Shown one piece after another: positions 52,887-61,481 of a stretch of 64,000 nucleotides of DNA. The notes below the pieces were generated by a model. The model was not told the DNA's origin, did no database searches, and saw only the letters and a program-made list of their open reading frames with translations. How positions within the stretch are numbered: the first letter of the stretch is position 1; every line of letters starts with the position of its first letter. Position numbers and translations under genes: made by a program. The DNA comes from an uncultured delta proteobacterium (GTDB lineage Bacteria > Desulfobacterota > Binatia > DP-6): assembly GCA_963851365.1 (NCBI GenBank), contig CAWKPA010000001.1, positions 167,013 to 231,012 on the forward strand, written 5' to 3'.

Positions 52887-53832
52887 CCGTCGAGACGCCG
52901 CTCGTCTGCATCATCGGCGCCCCGCGGAGCGGCACCACCTGGCTTCAGGCCATGCTCGGCGCCCATCCTCTGATCTGCACGGCGCAGGAGCTCAAGGTCT
53001 TCGACCTGTTCACCGGACCCTGGGAACGCTCCTGGCGCGCGCTGATCGACCTGCAGCGCGCGGCCGGCGGCGGGCGCCGTGGCCTGCGCGTCGTCTGGTC
53101 GGACGACGAGTTCTACGCGCTGCTCGCCGAGTTCCTCCAGCGGATCTACGCGCGCGTGCTGGCAAGCAAGCCGGGGGCGACGGTGGTGCTCGACAAATCG
53201 CCGGGCTACTCGAAGTATGCCGCGCACATTCAGCGCCTGGTGCCCTCGGTGAAATTCCTTCATGTGCTGCGCGACGGCCGGGACGTCGCGGTCTCCCTGC
53301 GAGCCGGCGCCCGGTCGTGGGCGCGGACCTGGGCCCCCAGTTCCATGGATGCCGCCGCCGCCCTGTGGCGATCGACCGTCCTCGACGCGCGCGAGGCGGG
53401 CCGCATCGCGCCCGGGCGCTATCGCGAGGTCCGCTACGACGAGCTGCTGCGGAACGGCCCGGCGGTGCTGCGCGATCTCTTCGGCTTCATCGGGGTGCCG
53501 GCAACGCCGGCGGAGGCGGCGGCCATCTGCGAGCGCCACACCATCGACCGGATGCGACGGGGCGCACACCCGTTCGACCTGCCCCAGGACTTCTTCCGGC
53601 GAGGACGAGAAGGTTCGTGGCGTCACGAGCTGACGCCGACGGAACGATACCTCGTCCACGACGCCGCCGGCGATCTCCTCGCCGAGCTCGGCTACGCGGA
53701 CGGGTCCTGGTGGGCCGAGCGGGGATACCAGCGCTGGCTGGTCCCCCTGCTCGCCGGCGCCCGGGCCCGCCGGCACGTCCGCGGACTCGTGCAGCGGGTC
53801 CGCGGCATCCCCCCCCCGGTCCCGGCACATGA
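52883..53832 (+). CDS. Sulfotransferase (the 3' end depends on a C9 tract; as written the frame runs to 54238)
   Basis: PAPS-binding GAPRSGTTW, DKSP, RDGRDVAVS, VRYDEL and FFRRG..GSW. Confidence 0.88.
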
Positions 53833-54965
53833 GCACCGATCCGGCACGCCACCTGCCCATGTTGCGCGCGCTCGTGCGAGGCGACGTGAGCGCGCTGCGG
53901 GAGACGCTGGCCGATCCGGCGACCGACGTCGCAGGCTTCCTGCGCTTCGCGCATCGACACCAGCTCGGCTCCTACGCCTATTGGTCGCTGCAGCGGCTCG
54001 GCCTCGCCCGCTCGCTCCCTCCGCCGCTGCTGGCCGCCACGAAGGCCTCGGCGTTCGTCGAGCGCGCCCGGAGCGAGCGTCTCGCGCTGCTGCTGGACGA
54101 GCTGGGCGAGTTGTTCGACGCCGCGGGGGCGCGCGCGCTGTTCATCAAAGGGCCCCTCTTCGCACAGCGCTTCTACGGCAGCCTCGAGGCCCGCGGCTTC
54201 TCGGACCTGGACGTGCTGATTCCCGCGCCCACCGATAGCGACCGGATCGAGCGGCTATTGCGCGGCGCGGGCTTCGAGCCGGCCTTTCGCGTTCTCGGGA
54301 CGCGACGGCTGACGCGATACTTCGCGCACCATTTCGAATACCGGCGCGACACCCTGCCCCTCGACGTGCATTGGGCGCTGCAGCGGCACTTCACGTTCGC
54401 GATCGACTATCCCCGCCTCTGGGCCACGTCGGTTCGGGTCGAGCTGGGAGGGCGCACGTTCGGGGCGGCGTCGGACGAGTACGAGCTGGTCCTGCAGATC
54501 CTGGGGGTCCTCACGGACCTGCAGGTGGGCAAGCTCTCGCTGCGCACCGTCGTCGACGTGTTTCGCGTGCTCGAGACGGTCGAAGGGGAGATGGACTGGC
54601 ACGATTTCCTCGCCTGGCGGGCACGCGAGCGCATCCTGCGTCCGGCGCTGTTCGTCCTCGCTCTCACCCTGGACGTGCTCGATTGCCGCGACGGCTTCCC
54701 GACCCTGTGCGAGGCGTTGGACGCGGGGCGCCATCGCATTCCGTCCACCCAGGCCGCCCGCCGCGCCGTGTTGGAAAGCCGCCCGCTGGATCTCGAGCAG
54801 AAACTGCTCGCGCTCCGCCTCTACGAGGCGCCGCTCCCGACGTCGCTGGCCTGGTGGCTCCTGTCGCTCCCGTTCCGGATCGCGGCCTACGGGATCACCC
54901 GCCCGCTGCGCGTGGCGCCCGCCGCCACCAGGACCCGCTCCATCCAGCCGGGGACGACGCGGTGA
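53829..54965 (+). CDS. Nucleotidyltransferase family protein (NTP_transf_5-like)
   Basis: FIKGP...Y....R..SDLDVL and LDVHW. Confidence 0.82.
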   Translation: MSTDPARHLPMLRALVRGDVSALRETLADPATDVAGFLRFAHRHQLGSYAYWSLQRLGLARSLPPPLLAATKASAFVERARSERLALLLDELGELFDAAGARALFIKGPLFAQRFYGSLEARGFSDLDVLIPAPTDSDRIERLLRGAGFEPAFRVLGTRRLTRYFAHHFEYRRDTLPLDVHWALQRHFTFAIDYPRLWATSVRVELGGRTFGAASDEYELVLQILGVLTDLQVGKLSLRTVVDVFRVLETVEGEMDWHDFLAWRARERILRPALFVLALTLDVLDCRDGFPTLCEALDAGRHRIPSTQAARRAVLESRPLDLEQKLLALRLYEAPLPTSLAWWLLSLPFRIAAYGITRPLRVAPAATRTRSIQPGTTR

Positions 54966-55025
54966 TGCGCCAGCGTGGGTTTCCCATCGCGGCGGCAACC
55001 TGCTACCGGGGCCGCGTCCGTCCAT

Positions 55026-55121
55026 GGAGAAGGAAGAGGCCCGGTGGCCTCACCGGTCTTCAAAACCGCGTTGTCCCGCCTGGCGCGGGATGGAAGGTTC
55101 GACTCCTTCCCTTCTCCGCCA
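55026..55121 (+). tRNA. selC: tRNA-Sec (anticodon TCA)
   Basis: 8-bp acceptor GGAGAAGG/CCTTCTCC; 6-bp D stem GAGGCC/GGCCTC with 4-nt loop; anticodon loop CT-TCA-AA; long variable arm; 5-bp T stem with TTCGACT; G discriminator and CCA. Confidence 0.95.
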
Positions 55122-55130
55122 TCTCCGCCA
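55113..55130 (+). repeat. Tandem duplication of the tRNA-Sec 3' end (TCTCCGCCA x2)
   Basis: Direct repeat at 55113-55121 and 55122-55130. Confidence 0.8.
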
Positions 55131-55143
55131 TGATGGCGGCCGC

Positions 55144-56439
55144 ATGGCCCGCACCCGCATCGTCGCCACCATCGGTCCCGCCACCGACGACGAGCCGCGC
55201 CTCGCCGCGCTCCTCGACGCGGGCGTCGACGTCGTCCGGCTGAACTTCTCCCACGGCAGCCACGAGGAGCACGGACGGCGCATCGCCGGCGTGCGGCGGC
55301 TCGCGGCGGGACGCCCGATCGCCATCCTGCAGGACCTGGGCGGCCCGAAGCTGCGGCTCGACGCCCCCGTGCGGGCGGCGCCGGGCGACATCGTCGCATT
55401 GCCGCTCCCCGCCACGGTCCTCCCCGGCGATCCCGTGCTGCTCGCCGACGGCCTCATGCAACTCGAGGTGCTCGACGCCCACCACAGCCGCGCCGTCACC
55501 GGCGGCGACATCCCCGCCGGCAAGGGCATCAACCTGCCGTCGTCGCGGCTCGACCTGCCGGCATTCACCGACAAGGACCGCCGCGACCTGGCGTTCGGCG
55601 TCGCCCAGGGCGTCGACCTGGTGGCGCTGTCGTTCGTCGAGCATCCGGCGGACCTCGCCGAGGCGAAGGCCAGCGGCGTTCCGGTGCTGGCGAAGATCGA
55701 ACGGGCCCGCGCCCTCGACCACCTCGACGCGCTGGTCGAGGCCGCCGACGGCATCCTGGTGGCGCGCGGCGACCTCGGCGTCGAGATCCCGATCGAGCGT
55801 GTGCCGACCGTCCAGAAGCGCTTGGTGCGGCTCGCCAACCACGCCGCCAAGCCGGTGATCGTGGCGACACAGATGCTCCGCTCGATGGTGACGAGCCCGC
55901 TCCCGACGCGCGCGGAAGCCACCGACGTCGCCAACGCGGTCCTCGACGGCGCCGACGCGGTGATGTTGAGCGAGGAGACCGCCATCGGCCAGTTCCCGGT
56001 GGAGGCGGTCGGGGTGATGCAGCGCATCCTGGGGGCGGCGGAGGCCGAGCTGCCGCCGTGGGGGCACGAGCCGGACACCGGCATCTCGGAGAACGTCGCG
56101 CGCGTCGCGTGCACCCTCGCCGAGCGGCTTGGCGCCGCGGCCCTCGTGGTGGCCACGCGCTCCGGGTTCTCGGCCCGCAACGTCGCACGCCACCGGCCGC
56201 GCATCCCCATCGTCGCGCTCACGCCCGACGAATCGACCCGGCGCCGCCTGTCGCTGGTGTGGGGCGTGACGGCGCTGGCGTCGCCGTGGTTCGACGACAC
56301 CGATGCGTTGCTGGCCCGCTTTCGCGATGCCGTCCGGCCGACGGGCATGGTGCCGGCCGGCGCGCCGGTGGTGGTCACCGCCGGTTGGCCCTTCGCCGAT
56401 GCGGGGACGACGAACCTGCTCCACGTGACGGCGATGTAG
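55144..56439 (+). CDS. pyk: Pyruvate kinase
   Basis: IVATIGPA, RLNFSHG, AKIE, ARGDLGVE, ATQML and DAVMLSEET. Confidence 0.95.
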   Translation: MARTRIVATIGPATDDEPRLAALLDAGVDVVRLNFSHGSHEEHGRRIAGVRRLAAGRPIAILQDLGGPKLRLDAPVRAAPGDIVALPLPATVLPGDPVLLADGLMQLEVLDAHHSRAVTGGDIPAGKGINLPSSRLDLPAFTDKDRRDLAFGVAQGVDLVALSFVEHPADLAEAKASGVPVLAKIERARALDHLDALVEAADGILVARGDLGVEIPIERVPTVQKRLVRLANHAAKPVIVATQMLRSMVTSPLPTRAEATDVANAVLDGADAVMLSEETAIGQFPVEAVGVMQRILGAAEAELPPWGHEPDTGISENVARVACTLAERLGAAALVVATRSGFSARNVARHRPRIPIVALTPDESTRRRLSLVWGVTALASPWFDDTDALLARFRDAVRPTGMVPAGAPVVVTAGWPFADAGTTNLLHVTAM

Positions 56440-56447
56440 GTCGCCGC

Positions 56448-57101
56448 TCAGCTCGTCGTCGCCACTCCCGTCGGGCAGCGCACGCCCGTCCCGCCGAGGC
56501 CGCAGTAGCCGCCCGGGTTCTTGTGCAGGTACTGCTGGTGGTACGGCTCCGCGTACCAGAACGCCGGCGCCGGCAGGATCTCCGTGGTGACGTCGCCGTA
56601 GCCGCGCTCGCGGAGCGCGCGCTGGAACGCGTCACGCGACGCCTCGGCGGCGACACGCTGGGCGTCGGTGGTCCAGTAGATGCCCGAGCGGTACTGCGTC
56701 CCGACGTCGTTGCCCTGCCGCATGCCCTGCGTCGGGTCGTGATTCTCCCAGAACACGCGGAGCAGCGTCTCGTAGGAGGTCACCCGCGGGTCGTACACCA
56801 CGAGCACGACCTCGGCGTGCCCGGTGAGCCCGGAACACACCTCCTCGTAGCTCGGGTTCGGCGTGTGGCCGGCGGCATACCCGACCGCCGTGGTGTGCAC
56901 GCCGTCGGCCTGCCAGAACTTCCGCTCGGCGCCCCAGAAGCACCCCATGCCGAAGATCGCCCGCTCGAGACCGTCGGGAAACGGCGGGACGAGCGGCGTT
57001 CCCTTGACCGCGTGCGCCGCGGGGACGGCCATGCGGGTGGATCGGCCCGGCAAGGCCTCGTCGGGCGATGGAATGCGGAGCGTGCCTCGAGATCGCGACA
57101 T
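56448..57101 (-). CDS. msrA: Peptide methionine sulfoxide reductase A
   Basis: [17 protein letters not shown] and [12 protein letters not shown]. Confidence 0.96.
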   Translation of the reverse strand: MSRSRGTLRIPSPDEALPGRSTRMAVPAAHAVKGTPLVPPFPDGLERAIFGMGCFWGAERKFWQADGVHTTAVGYAAGHTPNPSYEEVCSGLTGHAEVVLVVYDPRVTSYETLLRVFWENHDPTQGMRQGNDVGTQYRSGIYWTTDAQRVAAEASRDAFQRALRERGYGDVTTEILPAPAFWYAEPYHQQYLHKNPGGYCGLGGTGVRCPTGVATTS

Positions 57102-57155
57102 GCCTCCGGAGGTAGCATGCCCGGCCGGCCGACGGCAGTCCCGCGCAGCGACCGC

Positions 57156-58103
57156 TCAAACTGGACCCACCAGAATCGAGAAGCGTGCGACGAAGCACGT
57201 ACCGGGCGGCACCAGGCGCAACGCCGACCCGCCCTGAACCAGTGCGTTGCCGGGCGCGGTCATCGGCTCGAGACAGACGAACCCGCCGCCGGCCGGCGCG
57301 TAGACCTGCGCGAACGGATATCCCTCCTCGAACACCAGTTCGATCCGGCGGCCGCCACCTGCCAGCGCGGCGCGGGCGGGAGCGACGAAGAGGTCGTCGA
57401 AGGTGCGGCTGCCGAGCGGCCCGGCCGGGATCGCCACCGCCTCGCGCGTGCCGGTCGGCAGCAAGCGAGCGTCGAGGACGAGGCGCTCGCGCACCGGCAG
57501 GTCGAGGTGCCAGTCCGCACGCGGCACATCGGGCAGTCGGAGGTAGGGATGAAAGCCGAACGCGATCGGCACCGGCACGTCCCCGGTCGCGAGCAAGGCG
57601 GTGTCCACGGTGAGCGCGCCGTTCCCGAGCGTCACGGCGAGCTCGAGCCGGTGGGGGAAGGGGAAGGCCGCGAGCAGCGCCGGGTCGGGCGAGAAGTCGA
57701 GGCACGTCGCGAGACGCGCCCCGGCGCCGTCGGCGGTCGCCGCGAGGACCTCGAAACGCGAGCGCCCCAGGAGCAGACCGTGGATCGGCAGGCCGGCCGG
57801 ATCGAGATGCAGGACGCCCGACGCCGGGTCGAGGGTCACGGTGCGGCCGCCCGCCGTGTAGCCCAAGCCGGCGAGGCGATTCGCCCAGGGGTGCAGCAGG
57901 GGTATCCCCAGGGTGGAGCCGCGGCGCGCGTACGTCGCCACCCCGCCCCGCGCATCGAGCAGTTCGGCGCCCCGATGGCGCAGCGAGGCGCCGACCATGC
58001 CGGCGCCGACGACGAAGGTCGCGTCGAGCCCGCCGTCCGGCGACGTCAGCGTGTACGCGGGGAAGCCCTCGACTACGGTCTGGGCGATGCGCGCGCGCGT
58101 CAT
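57156..58103 (-). CDS. Aldose 1-epimerase family protein
   Basis: LHPWANR, IHG, GFHPY and VCLEP. Confidence 0.88.
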   Translation of the reverse strand: MTRARIAQTVVEGFPAYTLTSPDGGLDATFVVGAGMVGASLRHRGAELLDARGGVATYARRGSTLGIPLLHPWANRLAGLGYTAGGRTVTLDPASGVLHLDPAGLPIHGLLLGRSRFEVLAATADGAGARLATCLDFSPDPALLAAFPFPHRLELAVTLGNGALTVDTALLATGDVPVPIAFGFHPYLRLPDVPRADWHLDLPVRERLVLDARLLPTGTREAVAIPAGPLGSRTFDDLFVAPARAALAGGGRRIELVFEEGYPFAQVYAPAGGGFVCLEPMTAPGNALVQGGSALRLVPPGTCFVARFSILVGPV

Positions 58104-59392
58104 GCCGGACGCCGCCCTCGGCCGATCGCCGTCGCGACGGCGTCGAGCTCCGCGAGCCAGCGGTCGACGGCGCGCTCCGCAAAATCCCCCAGGAGGGCGG
58201 CGCGCGCCGGCCGCTCGTGCCGCGCCGCCTCGCGCTCCACGTCGGCGACGTCGCGCCAGAGCGCCGCCTCGAAGGCATCCCAGCGCGCCCGCACCGCCGG
58301 CCCGTGGACGGCGACGTCCCGCTCCACCAGGTCCAGGAGCGCGCGGGTGCGCCACCACGGGCTGCGGGCGTCCGGCTCGGCGCCCCCCAGCCCGAGCCGC
58401 GGCGGCACCGGCGCGTCGAGCCACAGGGGGAGAAAGGCCCCGACACACGGACTGCCGAGCCCCACGGCGACGGCGGCGACCGCATCGGACGCCGCGGGCA
58501 ACGGGGCCACGATCGACGCCGTCGTGTTGTCGAGCGGATCGGCGTGCATGCAGATCGAGAAGTAGTACGGATCGTCGAACGGGCGAGGCCGGTGCACCGT
58601 CCCCGCATCGTAATGGTCGCGCAACACGGTGCGCAGCACCGCCGGGGTGAGCTGCCCGCGCCCTTCGGCGAGGCAGACCGCCGCCCGGCGCCGGCGTTCC
58701 ACGCACTGGTTGGGCGGGACGCCGGTCTCGTCGGCATACGCGGCGGCGAAATCCACCCGGCCGGCGTCCGCGGGCCACCAGCCCTGCGCCACGGCGAACG
58801 CGGTCAGATCGGCGGACCCGCGCGTCCACGCCGTCCCGAGCGCCAACCCGTTCGAGACGTTCGCGACGTCGGCCACCGGCCACGCCGCCCAGTGGCGCGC
58901 CGAGGTCTCGAGCACCCAGGCCGCGTGCGGATCGGCGACGATGAACGCGTTGTGGTACGGCCAATCGAGGTGCACGTGACCGCTGCCGCCCTGCCCGTGC
59001 GCCTCGATCAGCGACGTCATCACCTCGAGCGCCTGGTCCGCCGTGCGGGCGCGCTCGAGCCCGAGCCGCACCAGGTCCATGCCGGTCAGTCCGACGGCGG
59101 GCAGCGATTCCCTGGCGAACACGGTCTCGTTGCCGATCGCCACGCGGTGCTCGTTGACACCGTGCTCGAACCCCCAGAGCCAGTACGGCTGCGACCCGAT
59201 CACCGCATGGGTCTGGCTGGGTTGCGGCAGATCGACGTACTGGCAGCGGACACGGGCGCCCGCCGCATGCCGCGCCGCCGGCCACTGCACGATGCGCTGG
59301 CACTCGCGCGGTGGCCGATCGCTGTTCTTCGCGAACAGCGTGACGCCGTCGCGCGTCGCGGGCGCGAGGGCGACCATCGTGTCGCAACCCAT
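58100..59392 (-). CDS. C69 family peptidase / secernin-like Ntn hydrolase
   Basis: MGCDTMVA (N-terminal Cys), FAKNSDR, WGFEHGVNE, GMDLVRLGLER and SICMH. Confidence 0.88.
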   Translation of the reverse strand: MGCDTMVALAPATRDGVTLFAKNSDRPPRECQRIVQWPAARHAAGARVRCQYVDLPQPSQTHAVIGSQPYWLWGFEHGVNEHRVAIGNETVFARESLPAVGLTGMDLVRLGLERARTADQALEVMTSLIEAHGQGGSGHVHLDWPYHNAFIVADPHAAWVLETSARHWAAWPVADVANVSNGLALGTAWTRGSADLTAFAVAQGWWPADAGRVDFAAAYADETGVPPNQCVERRRRAAVCLAEGRGQLTPAVLRTVLRDHYDAGTVHRPRPFDDPYYFSICMHADPLDNTTASIVAPLPAASDAVAAVAVGLGSPCVGAFLPLWLDAPVPPRLGLGGAEPDARSPWWRTRALLDLVERDVAVHGPAVRARWDAFEAALWRDVADVEREAARHERPARAALLGDFAERAVDRWLAELDAVATAIGRGRRPA

Positions 59393-59514
59393 GACCGCGA
59401 CCCTCGCGTGCATGCACGGTCTGGTCAAGCGGCGGCCGCGCGCAGACTCGTCATCCCGGGCGCTTCCGGGTATACCTCGCGGCCCATGCGCCAACGCTGC
59501 CGGAGGCCCGCCGC

Positions 59515-59598
59515 GTGAGCCTGCGTCTGATTCTCGCCGTCTGGGCTGCCGCGGTCTACGCCATCTACTGGTGGGGCTATCTCGGAGGCGGGTCGTGA
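59515..59598 (+). CDS. Unannotated 27-aa single-TM peptide
   Basis: MSLRLILAVWAAAVYAIYWWGYLGGGS; GGAGG 8 nt upstream; GTGA overlap with the next gene. Confidence 0.55.
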   Translation: MSLRLILAVWAAAVYAIYWWGYLGGGS

Positions 59599-61481
59599 TC
59601 GACCTCCTCGTCCTCGCGGCGCTCCTGGCCGCCGCTGCCGCGGGCGGCCTACTGTTCCTGCAGGGGGCCGGCGCGCTGCCGCGGGCGCCGCACGAGCGCC
59701 TGCTACCCGGCGTCGCGGTGGGGCTCGGGCTCGCCAGCATGACGGGGCTCGGACTCGCCGCCGCCGGACTGCTGCGCCCGTGGCCACTCGCCGCGATCGG
59801 CGCGGGCGCCCTGGTCGCCGGCGGTCCGGCGCTCCGGGACGCGCTCGGCGCGCTGCGGCCGCCGCGACGGCGCAGCACCTGGGCGCTGCTCGCCGTGTGC
59901 GCCGTCGTGCTGCTGGCGGAAGCGCCCACGTGGTTCGCGCCGCCGGTCGGCGGCGATCAGACCAAGTACCACCTGGCGTATCCGCGCCTCTACGCCCAGG
60001 CCGGCGGCCTCGTGCCCACGCCGTGGAGTTTCTGGGGACAGCAACAGTGGCTCCAGAACTTCCTCTACGCCGTCGCGTATGCGCTACGCGGCGAGAATCT
60101 TGCGCGCCTGCTGAACGCGACCAGCGGCGTGATCGCCGCGCTCGCGCTCGCCACGCTGGTCCGGCGGCACCTCGATCGCCGGCTCGGCGCGGCAGCCGGG
60201 GCGCTCTTCTTCACGTTGCCGATGTGCTGGTCGCAGATGGTGCGCGCCGGCGCCGACACCTGCCTCGTCGTGTTCGCCGCACTCGCGGTCACGGCCTGGC
60301 TCGACTGGGCCGCGCGGCAGCGGCGCGCCGACCTCCTGCGCACGGGCATCGTCGCCGGCTTCGCCGGGGGTTCGAAGATCATGGGGCTGCTGATTCCGGC
60401 CCTGGTCGGACTCGGGCTGCTCGCGGTGCTGTTCCGTCGCCGCGTGGCCTTCGGGCGCGCCGCGGGCGCGGCGCTGACCTATGGCGCGCTGGTGCTGACA
60501 CTGCTCTCGCCGTGGTACGTGCGCAACTGGGCGGAGACGGGCAACCCGCTCTTCCCCTTCGGCCAGAAGCTTTTCGCGGGCGCGCACTGGAGCGTCGACG
60601 CGGAAGACTACCTGAACCTCTACTACGAGCAGTATCGCGTGCGGGAAGCGGCGCAGCGGGGCGGCACGCCCTACAAGGGCGTCGAGACGGCGCGCTTCCC
60701 GTGGGACCTGACCATGCACCCCGAGTCGTTCGAGAAGGGGAAGCGGCAGGGGCACGACGTCAGCCCCTTCACCCTCGCCTTCCTGCCGGCCCTGGTCCTG
60801 CTGCGCCGGCGACGGCGCGCGGCGCTCGCCGTCGCCGCGATCGGCATCGCCTACGTGGTCATCATCGCCGGCGGGGCCTGGGCGCACCCGCGCTACGTCC
60901 TGCCTGGCGTCGGTCTGGCCCTCGCCGCAGCGACGCCCGCGGCGCGCGCCCTCTGCGGCGCCCGGTTGTTCTGGGGCGTGCTCGCGCTCACGATCGCCGG
61001 GAACCTCGCGCTCGTCACACGCATGCTGCAGCCGATGTGGCCCGATCAGGTCCGGGTGGCGCTCGGTCGCATGTCGCCGGACGCCTTCCTGGCGAAGCAC
61101 TCGGACCGGTACGAGTTCTGGCGCGACGCCAACCGCGCGATCCCGCCCGCCGGGACCGTCGCCGTCCTCGAGAAGATCCCCCACCCCTACTACATCGAGC
61201 GGCCCTTCGTGCTGCTCAGCTACCTGGAGCAGGGGCTGGTCGACTACCGGCGCGTCGTCACCGTCGGCGGGCTGCGCGACGCCATGGAGCGGCTCGGGGT
61301 GACCCACGTCGCCGTCGAGGAATCCGGCACGCGCGCCGCGGGCGACCAGTTCGAGAGCGAGGTGACCGCGCTGTGGCGGTCGTTCCTCGCCACCCTGGGC
61401 GAGCCGGTGCTGCGCGCCGGCGGCTACGCGCTCTATCCGCTGCACGGCGGGTCGGCGGTGGCGGGGGCGACGGGTGGCTGA
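59595..61481 (+). CDS. Multi-TM GT-C fold glycosyltransferase-like protein (ArnT/PMT-like)
   Basis: D...YHL.YP, many TM segments, PWYVRNW..TGNPLFPF and RYVLP. Confidence 0.75.
   Translation: MIDLLVLAALLAAAAAGGLLFLQGAGALPRAPHERLLPGVAVGLGLASMTGLGLAAAGLLRPWPLAAIGAGALVAGGPALRDALGALRPPRRRSTWALLAVCAVVLLAEAPTWFAPPVGGDQTKYHLAYPRLYAQAGGLVPTPWSFWGQQQWLQNFLYAVAYALRGENLARLLNATSGVIAALALATLVRRHLDRRLGAAAGALFFTLPMCWSQMVRAGADTCLVVFAALAVTAWLDWAARQRRADLLRTGIVAGFAGGSKIMGLLIPALVGLGLLAVLFRRRVAFGRAAGAALTYGALVLTLLSPWYVRNWAETGNPLFPFGQKLFAGAHWSVDAEDYLNLYYEQYRVREAAQRGGTPYKGVETARFPWDLTMHPESFEKGKRQGHDVSPFTLAFLPALVLLRRRRRAALAVAAIGIAYVVIIAGGAWAHPRYVLPGVGLALAAATPAARALCGARLFWGVLALTIAGNLALVTRMLQPMWPDQVRVALGRMSPDAFLAKHSDRYEFWRDANRAIPPAGTVAVLEKIPHPYYIERPFVLLSYLEQGLVDYRRVVTVGGLRDAMERLGVTHVAVEESGTRAAGDQFESEVTALWRSFLATLGEPVLRAGGYALYPLHGGSAVAGATGG

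Noticed and set aside
45635-54965. Canonical lasso peptide cluster, or an island integrated at selC
   Set aside because: No cyclase, peptidase or separate precursor is seen. The cluster lies 5' of the tRNA, with no integrase or distal att repeat.
56448-57101. MsrA as a second selenoprotein near selC
   Set aside because: The active site is GCFWG with a normal Cys codon; there is no in-frame TGA.
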